Origin: Candidatus Eiseniibacteriota bacterium | GTDB lineage: Bacteria; Eisenbacteria; RBG-16-71-46; JABDJR01; JAWXBZ01 | NCBI GenBank assembly: GCA_034440375.1 | Contig: JAWXBZ010000105.1 | Span: 9,431 to 73,430 of the forward strand | DNA length: 64,000 bases | Direction of reading: 5' to 3' | In this document: positions 20,693-28,151 of the stretch, in pieces | Layout of the letters: each line of letters opens with the position of its first letter | Position numbering within the stretch: the stretch's first letter is position 1 | Made by a program: the position numbers and the translations under genes | The notes under the pieces: model-generated | Told to the model about the DNA's origin: nothing | What the model saw: only the letters and a program-made list of their open reading frames with translations | Databases searched by the model: none

Positions 20693-23600
20693 TGCGCCTC
20701 CTCGATCGCCTCCGTCATGGGAAGGGCTGTCCGAACAAGTCCTTCGCCTACCTCATCGCCCTGATCATCCTGATCACGCTCGTCGCGACCCTCGTGCTCA
20801 CCTCCTTCGTCACGTCCGCCGAGGCCGCCTTCACGGCCAGCGGCCGCTTCCTGTATGCCGACAAGCTCTGGGACAAGGACGGCTACACGGGTCAGGAACA
20901 GAACCTGCCCATCCGCCACGCGCGGGTCGAAATCGTCGATGTTCCGTCGCTCCAGGTGATCGGATCCGGCGTTGCCGACGCCGACGGCAATTACTCGATC
21001 ACGGTCACGCCACTGGCGCCGATCGTGCCGGTCAACGTGGTAGCTCGTGTCCTGACCGACGGGCGCACCGCCGGCTACGAAATTCGTATCGTCGACGAAC
21101 TGACGCGCGGCCTGGGTGAGCCCGCCGTCATCGGCAACATTCACGCCGTCCTCAACGATCCGGTCCTGAATCACAACCAGGCCCAGCCGCTCAATTTCGG
21201 CACGTTTCTACTCGAGGATCCGGACGGCACGGGTGTGGCCCAGGCCTTCAACATCTTTGACTGTGCCGTGGATTACTTCGACTGGATGGCCCAGCCGGGC
21301 CTCTTGAACCGGCTGCCGAATGCCACCGAATACGTCATTTTTGCGTGGTCGCCGACCAGCTCCAATGAGGGTTCCAACTACAGCGGCCACGCAATTCTTC
21401 TGGCATCCCCAGGCCAGGGGAACGACACGGACGCCTGGTCCGACACGGTCATCCTCCATGAAACCGGCCACTGGTTCGATGACTTTTTCTCGAGGTCGGA
21501 CAATCCTGGCGGCCCGCACGGGATAGGTGACAACAACGCCAATGTGCTGCTGGCCTATGGTGAAGGTGTGGCCACGTTTCACTGCGCCAAGGTCCGCAAG
21601 CTCCGGGCCACCACCCGCCTGAACCTGATCGCACAGCCGATCGACAGCCACGTCAGCATCTACGGCGACCTGATGATTCCGCCCGATTCGATGATGGCCG
21701 GCGGCCTGTCGTTCTCCTACGACTTCGAGACCGGCGTCGTCTTCCAGCCGGGCCTGCCGCCGGGTGGCTTCTTTATCGGCCAGCGGGGCAGCGCCAACGA
21801 AACAAACGTTACCTCGGCCCAGTGGGACCTGGTGGACGACGCAGGAACCCCGGATGAAACCCCGGGCGTCGACGACGATCAGGTTGGTGTCAACGATGCC
21901 ATCCCGTTCGCGATCGAGCGCATCTGGTTGCCCGGCCTCCCAGCCGGCAATGCGGTCACGATCGAGGACTATTACCAGGGGTGGTACGCCCAGAACGGCG
22001 CCAATTTCATGCGCGCCGGCGTGGACGACATCTTCTTCAACCTGTCGCTGATGGAGTTCTACCCCGACTCGTACGAGCCGGATGGCACCGCGGCGCAGGC
22101 AACTTCGATTGCGCCACTGGCCTACTCCGTGACGACTGGCGCGCACCTGGTCATCAGCGAGATCGACCTCGGCGCCCAGGATGCCGTGGAGGTCTTCAAC
22201 CCGTCCGACGCCGCGATCGACATGACCGGCTGGCAGATCCAGGTGTACGTCAATGGCGACGCCGCCCCGGTGGTCAGCCGCATCTACACGTTTCCAGCCT
22301 TCACGCTCGATCCGGGTGAGGCCGTGGCGCTGCTCGAGCGCGGCGATCCGCTGAACAACGGCGCGCACCACCTCTACGGCGGCAGCACCGTGCCCAACTC
22401 GTGGAACGCCTCATGGAACTACGGCCTCGACGGGGCCGTCGTCCTGCGGGATGCGTCCAGCCAGGCCGTGGACTTTGTGAGCTGGCGACATGGGAACGGC
22501 ACCCCGAACAGCACCCCGGTACCGTCGGGCACGGCCTTCACCGGCCTCCTCGACAGTCCCCCAGCGGCATCCAACCTGGCGCGTGACATCAACGGCACGG
22601 ATACCGATGCCGCGGCCGATTTCACCCCAGAGGACGGCACGCTGGCCTCGGCCAACGGCACCTTCTCACGGCATCAGACTCTGTTCGACCTGGGCGATGC
22701 CGACCTGATCCGTTTCGACGCCGTGGCCGGCATGCGCTACGGCTTCGAGGTCCGGGCATTTTTCAGCGCCAGCGATCCGTTCGTCGAGCTCCTCTCACCG
22801 ACGGGCGCGATCCTCGGGTCGAACGACAACTCGGACCCCGGCATCCGGGACGCCCGCATCGATCTCTTCGCCGGAACGACCGGCACTTACTATCTCAAAG
22901 TGCGCCACGTCGGTCCGCACACCGACTGGGCGGCCTACAACGTGGCGGCCTTCCAGCGTCCGCCGAGCACGACGCTGCTGGCTCCTGGTGGCATCACGGC
23001 CACGGCCCAGAATGTCAACAACATCAACGATCCGGTCCACCTGGACTGGCTGAACGGGGCGCCCTACGACTCGGTGCGGCTGTATCGCAACGGGGCGCTG
23101 CTCCAGACACTCCCGGGCTCCTCGACCAGCTACGACGACCTGGCCGACCGCGGTGTGTATACCTATGAAGTTTCGGGTGTCGGCGGGTTGAGCGAAACCG
23201 CCAGGGCCTCGACCAACGAATACGCCGGTGTCATCGGCTGCTTTGTTTCCGAGGACTTCGAGCAGGGGAACGCCAACGACTGGATCAGCCCCCCCAACAC
23301 ATGGGGCGTCACGGCGCTGGCGGAGGGGGGCGTGTTCGGTTACACGGACAGCCCGGTCGGCACCTCTCGCGGTTGTGCCGGCGTCCTGGAAAGTTGCACC
23401 ACCTCCACCCCGACCGTCCTCCGAGTCCCGGTTCGGCTCCCGCCCAATTCGCACCTCATGTTCGACCAGATCTGCATCACCGAACATTGCGCACCGACGC
23501 CATGCGATCTCGGCATCGTCGAGATCTCCACGGACGAGGGAACCAGCTGGACGGAAATCGCCCGCTACGATCAGGCCAGCGATCCGGCCTGGACCGACAA

Positions 23601-24075
23601 TGTGGCTGATCCGACCGACTGGCGGCCCGCGGATCTCTCACTGGACGATTTCATCGGACAGCAGATCCTGGTCCGTTTCCGGGTTCAGACAGATCCGCTG
23701 GCGGAGCTGGACGGCTGGTATCTCGACAATGTCCGGGTCAACGAGGGTGATTGCACGCTGGCCGCCGTCGGGCCGGCGGCCGGTGCCGCGGGCCTCACCG
23801 GTTTGATGGCACCGTATCCCAATCCAATGACCGGCACCGCCCGGTTCGCGTTCCAACTGGCCACACCGGTGACAAACGTCTCGATGTCGGTTTATGACAT
23901 CTCGGGTCGCCTCGTCCGCCGTGAGTCACTCGGCCATCTCGATACCGGCACGCACGCCTGGCTCTGGGACGGTCGCGGCGATTCCGGAAGCGAGACAGCC
24001 AACGGTGTCTACTTTGCCCGGCTCGAAGCCGCCGGCAAATCGTTCACGCAGAAGGTTCTTAAAGTCACGCGGTAG
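20692..24075 (+). CDS. Large secreted multidomain protein, putative zinc metallopeptidase (HExxH) with lamin-tail-like, PPC-like, Ig/FN3-like, jelly-roll and FlgD/T9SS-like domains
   Basis: Signal peptide; VILHETGHWF with downstream AYGEGVA; LVISEI..AVEVFNP..IDMTGW (LTD); D.DLIRF..GTYYLKV (PPC); GWYLDNV; PYPNP..YDISGRLVR..WDG..GVYFARL. Confidence 0.78.
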   Translation: MRLLDRLRHGKGCPNKSFAYLIALIILITLVATLVLTSFVTSAEAAFTASGRFLYADKLWDKDGYTGQEQNLPIRHARVEIVDVPSLQVIGSGVADADGNYSITVTPLAPIVPVNVVARVLTDGRTAGYEIRIVDELTRGLGEPAVIGNIHAVLNDPVLNHNQAQPLNFGTFLLEDPDGTGVAQAFNIFDCAVDYFDWMAQPGLLNRLPNATEYVIFAWSPTSSNEGSNYSGHAILLASPGQGNDTDAWSDTVILHETGHWFDDFFSRSDNPGGPHGIGDNNANVLLAYGEGVATFHCAKVRKLRATTRLNLIAQPIDSHVSIYGDLMIPPDSMMAGGLSFSYDFETGVVFQPGLPPGGFFIGQRGSANETNVTSAQWDLVDDAGTPDETPGVDDDQVGVNDAIPFAIERIWLPGLPAGNAVTIEDYYQGWYAQNGANFMRAGVDDIFFNLSLMEFYPDSYEPDGTAAQATSIAPLAYSVTTGAHLVISEIDLGAQDAVEVFNPSDAAIDMTGWQIQVYVNGDAAPVVSRIYTFPAFTLDPGEAVALLERGDPLNNGAHHLYGGSTVPNSWNASWNYGLDGAVVLRDASSQAVDFVSWRHGNGTPNSTPVPSGTAFTGLLDSPPAASNLARDINGTDTDAAADFTPEDGTLASANGTFSRHQTLFDLGDADLIRFDAVAGMRYGFEVRAFFSASDPFVELLSPTGAILGSNDNSDPGIRDARIDLFAGTTGTYYLKVRHVGPHTDWAAYNVAAFQRPPSTTLLAPGGITATAQNVNNINDPVHLDWLNGAPYDSVRLYRNGALLQTLPGSSTSYDDLADRGVYTYEVSGVGGLSETARASTNEYAGVIGCFVSEDFEQGNANDWISPPNTWGVTALAEGGVFGYTDSPVGTSRGCAGVLESCTTSTPTVLRVPVRLPPNSHLMFDQICITEHCAPTPCDLGIVEISTDEGTSWTEIARYDQASDPAWTDNVADPTDWRPADLSLDDFIGQQILVRFRVQTDPLAELDGWYLDNVRVNEGDCTLAAVGPAAGAAGLTGLMAPYPNPMTGTARFAFQLATPVTNVSMSVYDISGRLVRRESLGHLDTGTHAWLWDGRGDSGSETANGVYFARLEAAGKSFTQKVLKVTR

Positions 24076-24144
24076 GTTTCACCTCGCGACGTCGGGGGTC
24101 TGACGGTCACGGCTCTGGCCGGCAGGCCCCCGGCTCGCGGGGGT

Positions 24145-24762
24145 TTATCGAGATGGCGAAACTGGGTGGAAAACAAGGATGTCGGCGGCATCCCTGAGCA
24201 GGTCAATCCGTTGGACCTCGACCCGAAGCGCCGCCATTCCCGTTTTCAAATGGATGTCGGCCAGAAGCTTTGCCTCGTTGCCCGGCTGCAGCAATTCGAG
24301 ATGGTCATAGATCATCGGCGTCGACTGCAGCGAGTCCTTCCAGGGGCGCAACTCGATGGCAGCCACCATCCCGACAACGACTCCGTTAACGACGAGTATC
24401 TCCATCATGCTGACACTACCGTTGGCAACCCCGTTAAGAAGGCCGAGTCCAATGACGATGAACAGGTAGGTGAGATCTCGAATGCGGATCTGTTCCGTGC
24501 GATATCGCAGGATGCCGAACACGCCGAACAGCGCCAGCGCAAAACCGAGCTCGGTCGGCACCTTGCGTAGCAGAAGACACAGGAAGAGCGTCACCACGTT
24601 GAACAGGTAGTAGGTGAATACGTACTCACGATTTCGGTACAGGCGGTAGTAGATCAGGCGAATCACGACGCTCGCGAACGCAAGATCAAGCACAAACCGC
24701 ACCAGCAACTTGCTCATTTCGGACCAATCCGCGAAAATATCACCACCAGGAATCGTGTTCAT
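24145..24762 (-). CDS. DUF4956 family membrane protein
   Basis: LGFALALFGVFGILRYRTEQI...DLTYLFIVIGLGLLNG signature; start 24762 overlaps the VTC stop (ATGA). Confidence 0.88.
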   Translation of the reverse strand: MNTIPGGDIFADWSEMSKLLVRFVLDLAFASVVIRLIYYRLYRNREYVFTYYLFNVVTLFLCLLLRKVPTELGFALALFGVFGILRYRTEQIRIRDLTYLFIVIGLGLLNGVANGSVSMMEILVVNGVVVGMVAAIELRPWKDSLQSTPMIYDHLELLQPGNEAKLLADIHLKTGMAALRVEVQRIDLLRDAADILVFHPVSPSR

Positions 24763-25511
24763 TCCGCTCGTCCTTCCAGTGCCCGGAGGCCGGGCAACAA
24801 TGCGTTCAGGCGCACACCGGGATGGGTCAAGGCAATCCCGGTGCAGTACTTGCTCGTCCAGCCTGGCCGGCAACCGGACTCCCTCAGCGCCGACATGACC
24901 GGGGTTCCACGTCCGTATGGCCACTGCTTCACCTCAACGATGACGATGCCGGACAGCGATGCGTGGCGCTGCCCCATTTCCATTCGTACATCGAAATCAA
25001 GGGTCACGCGCTCGCAAGTCTCAAGGCCCAGGAGTGTCAGCCGCCGAAAGTGAGTCCAGACCTGAGGGAGAACACCCCGGTCAATCCCGGTGTGGATGGC
25101 CACGAAGTCCTGGTCATCAGCGCTCAACTCGTTGCCGCCAAACGGATGCTCGCGGGAGAGCTTGGTCGTTTTCAATTTGCTCCGCCGTGTCTTGACTTCG
25201 AGCATCGTCAGGCTGCGATCCGGGTAGTGCCGAACGCGTGCCTTGTGCCGCACCCGGCGGCCGCGCCGATGCGCGTGGAAGAAATCGAGCTCCGGGGTGT
25301 CGAAGTACAGCGTCTGGTAAGTCGCGACGAGCTCGGTACCGGCGGTCAGCACGGCGTAATCCCCCGTGATCGCGCGGACGAGGTCGGCCGCTGACGCCGG
25401 AGACAGGACAAACTTGGTGTCCGTCCGTCGCCGCAGCTCACGCCGGGCAATGAGTTCCGGCGTCGCCACCGGAAAACAGCTGAGCAGGGCCTGCCACTCC
25501 CCGCCTGCCAT
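24759..25511 (-). CDS. VTC-domain (polyphosphate polymerase / CYTH-like) protein
   Basis: RRTDTKF, TLYFDT, KARVRHY, LEVK, ERVTLD, IVEVK, SKYC; adjacent to DUF4956. Confidence 0.88.
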   Translation of the reverse strand: MAGGEWQALLSCFPVATPELIARRELRRRTDTKFVLSPASAADLVRAITGDYAVLTAGTELVATYQTLYFDTPELDFFHAHRRGRRVRHKARVRHYPDRSLTMLEVKTRRSKLKTTKLSREHPFGGNELSADDQDFVAIHTGIDRGVLPQVWTHFRRLTLLGLETCERVTLDFDVRMEMGQRHASLSGIVIVEVKQWPYGRGTPVMSALRESGCRPGWTSKYCTGIALTHPGVRLNALLPGLRALEGRAE

Positions 25512-25521
25512 CGAAGCAGCC

Positions 25522-26658
25522 TTAGTATCTGACCTGGGTCCAGGCATAGAACTTGTCATCCTGTCGCGCACCGTCCCTCAACTCGCGAAGCTCGTAGTTC
25601 AGCATCAGGCGCCATGGTTTCTTCGGAAGCCCGTAATAGGCGCCGAGAGTCCAGCGCTTGAAGTCATCATCAAGCGTGTCGTATCGAACGATGGGGCCGA
25701 CCTGGGCCTCCGTCTTGCCGACCAGGTTCACGTAGTAACCCGACGGATCGTTCATCTCGCCGGTCTCCACGATCTCGTCCGAGCCACGCACGTATTCGGC
25801 GCTGATGAAGAATCGCGGGTGGTCGAGTTCCACGTCGACACCAAGTCGTTTGAACTTGATCTGCATTTTCTCCTCCCCCAGCAGAAGATCGGCCGGCTCA
25901 ATGAAATCACCGGAAGCCCCGGAGACTCCGAACCTTGCCGTCAGGTTTTCCGGGTCGGATTTCCATCGAAGCCCGACGCGCCCCCACAGGCTCATGCGCG
26001 CCGTATTGTCCTCCTGCACATTCAATCCGGCGCCGTTGACGATGGTGATGGTATCCTCAAAACGGAACCCTTTCGGCCCGAGTTTGACGTTGCCCATCAG
26101 GCCGATCCCAATATCCCGCAGATTGACACCGCGCGACAGGGCGTCGGACAGCTCCGTTCGATTCACCGCGTACAGATTGGTGGATGACTCCGTGTTTTCG
26201 TATCCGAACTGCGTTTTCTGCTGGCCGACCCGAATGTCGTGTCGGGGAATCACTTTGAAATCGACGTACGCATCCCGGAGTATTCCCGTGACTTCCGGAG
26301 CTCGTGGATCGATCTCGATGTTGTAGGAGAGCCACTCGGAAATGTCGCCCTTGACGCCGATACGGACCCTTTGAACACGATAATTGTCGTTGTCGACTAA
26401 GGGGTCGTCGCCGGTCATCAATGAATACTTGTAGTGAATCTGCATGAACCCGAAAACTTCCGGAGGCTTCAACCCCCGTCGTTTCGATGACCTGGGCTGG
26501 TCCGCCGCGCCGGAAATCTTCGGGTCGACGCGGGTGGAATCGACTGCGCCGACGGAACTGTCCATCTGCGCATGACCGACTCCGCACCACAACACGATCA
26601 CGCTGGCCGCGATGGTCGCCGTCCTTCGCATTGGATTGATCGAACGCGTCAAGGACAT
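25522..26658 (-). CDS. Outer-membrane porin (phosphate-selective OprO/OprP-like)
   Basis: Signal peptide; YRVQRVRIGVKG, LRDAYVDF, IRVGQQKTQFGYE, RDIGI; aromatic C-terminus (WTQVRY); GGAGGT RBS before 26658. Confidence 0.78.
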   Translation of the reverse strand: MSLTRSINPMRRTATIAASVIVLWCGVGHAQMDSSVGAVDSTRVDPKISGAADQPRSSKRRGLKPPEVFGFMQIHYKYSLMTGDDPLVDNDNYRVQRVRIGVKGDISEWLSYNIEIDPRAPEVTGILRDAYVDFKVIPRHDIRVGQQKTQFGYENTESSTNLYAVNRTELSDALSRGVNLRDIGIGLMGNVKLGPKGFRFEDTITIVNGAGLNVQEDNTARMSLWGRVGLRWKSDPENLTARFGVSGASGDFIEPADLLLGEEKMQIKFKRLGVDVELDHPRFFISAEYVRGSDEIVETGEMNDPSGYYVNLVGKTEAQVGPIVRYDTLDDDFKRWTLGAYYGLPKKPWRLMLNYELRELRDGARQDDKFYAWTQVRY

Positions 26659-26872
26659 GAAGCGCACCTCCGGAAAAGGACGACTGCCAGGCCATGTGTC
26701 ACCGAACGACACCCCCGGAGGCTCGCAATCAATCTGCGGCCCGGCCGAAAAATCAACGCGAGCATGTGTCAGGGGCAAGAAAGGAACACACCGCCGCCCG
26801 GTTTGTGACATGGATGATTCCGCGGGTGAACCGGGGCCCCTGGTGCCGGAAGGGTGATACATTTGCCAGTCC

Positions 26873-27460
26873 ATGGTCACACGAACCCAACGGGGCCGGG
26901 AGGCCCGAGTCGAGCCCCCCTATCTCCGGGACGCCGAGCTTTTGAAAGCCTGCCGACTGGGAGATGACGCCGCGTGGCGTGAACTGATGCGTCGCTACCG
27001 CGATCTCATCTATTCGATCCCGAGGCGGTACGGGCTCGATGCGGACGACACGGCCGATGTCTTTCAGATTGTCATTGCCGCCCTCTGGAAGGGTCTGGCC
27101 GAGCTCCGTTCGGAGAAGGCGCTGACGCGATGGATCCAGGTGACCACCCGGCGCCAGAGTCAGCGCCAGGCGGAAAAGATTCGGCGGCATGCCTCCGTGG
27201 ACGTACTGGCTCGACAGCCGGACCCGGATTTGCTCGTGTCCGAGAGGCTCCATGCGGCCGAATCGGCCCACCGCGTCCGGCGGGAGCTGGATCGGCTTGG
27301 GAGTCGTTGTCGGGAGATCCTGACCCTCCTGTACATGGAAGAGCCTCCCATGGGATATGACGAGGTTGCGCGGCGCATGGGATTGCCCCGCGGTTCGATC
27401 GGCCCAACGCGGGGCCGTTGCCTGGACAAGCTTCGGGCACTCATGGGAAAAGACTTGTGA
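26873..27460 (+). CDS. ECF-type RNA polymerase sigma factor
   Basis: Region 2 (AWRELMRRYRDLIYSI..DTADVFQ..WI) and region 4 (RCREILTLLY..YDEVARRMG.PRGSIGPTRGRCLDKLR); 195 aa. Confidence 0.93.
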   Translation: MVTRTQRGREARVEPPYLRDAELLKACRLGDDAAWRELMRRYRDLIYSIPRRYGLDADDTADVFQIVIAALWKGLAELRSEKALTRWIQVTTRRQSQRQAEKIRRHASVDVLARQPDPDLLVSERLHAAESAHRVRRELDRLGSRCREILTLLYMEEPPMGYDEVARRMGLPRGSIGPTRGRCLDKLRALMGKDL

Positions 27461-27464
27461 GGAA

Positions 27465-27492
27465 GTATCCGATCGGGGGCCGGCGGTACCTT
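27465..27492 (+). promoter_or_regulatory. Putative ECF promoter, copy 1 (GTATCC-N15-GTACCTT)
   Basis: GTATCC at 27465-27470 and GTACCTT at 27486-27492, immediately after the sigma stop and 23 nt before the anti-sigma ATG; the same motif and spacing recur at 32467. Confidence 0.65.
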
Positions 27493-27515
27493 CCGGCTGG
27501 TAATGGGAGGAGACC

Positions 27516-28151
27516 ATGTCCGTGAAAAGGATTGACGTCGGCGCAAAGACCGGGCACCCGGAAACGGGTGAGCTGCTGGATCAGCTTGAAGGACGGCTGG
27601 CTTTGGACCGACTCCGGGAAGTTGCGACGCACGTGCTGGCCTGCCGACGCTGCCAAAGGTCGATTGAGGAGCTGAAGCGCGTAACCAACTCGCTCGGCGC
27701 ATCGACACTGGAGTCGCCCCCGGAGTGGCTGGCGAACTGGGCGGACGATCGGCCGCGGGATCAGCCGAAAAAGGTTCCGAAGGGTCTGATGCCAATCCTG
27801 AGGCTGGTCCTCGATTCATGGCGTCTCGAACCGCTGGGGGCTCGCGGGGTCGCCCCTTCCAGCCGCCGTCTCCTCTATCGGGCCGGCTCGGTCGATCTGG
27901 ATATTGAACTAGACCTGGGACGCGCGGGCCGGACGGCCACGGTTCGGGGCCAGATTCTTGATGCCACCGTGACCGGTGGGCGACAGTTCTCGGAAGGGCA
28001 CGTTCGGTTACTCGCCGGCCGGCGGCTCGTGGTCAAGGTGCCGCTCGGCACCCGGGGAGACTTCCGGCTGAGCGACGTGCCCCGCCGCGTCTACCACCTG
28101 AATATCGCGGCGGCCGGATTCCGGGTTCGAGTCGATTCATTCGAGATATGA
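27516..28151 (+). CDS. Putative soluble zinc-binding anti-sigma factor with a C-terminal beta-sandwich domain
   Basis: ZAS motif HxxxCxxC (HVLACRRC); no TM helix; LVLDSW..GARG..RRLLY, then a carboxypeptidase-regulatory-like sandwich (VRGQI..GDFRLSDVP..YHL); GGAGG RBS. Confidence 0.8.
   Translation: MSVKRIDVGAKTGHPETGELLDQLEGRLALDRLREVATHVLACRRCQRSIEELKRVTNSLGASTLESPPEWLANWADDRPRDQPKKVPKGLMPILRLVLDSWRLEPLGARGVAPSSRRLLYRAGSVDLDIELDLGRAGRTATVRGQILDATVTGGRQFSEGHVRLLAGRRLVVKVPLGTRGDFRLSDVPRRVYHLNIAAAGFRVRVDSFEI

Noticed and set aside
26856-26861. Minus-strand TGTATC (also at 49410-49415 minus and 49641-49646 plus) as further copies of the ECF motif
   Set aside because: No GTACCTT-like element at the required spacing.
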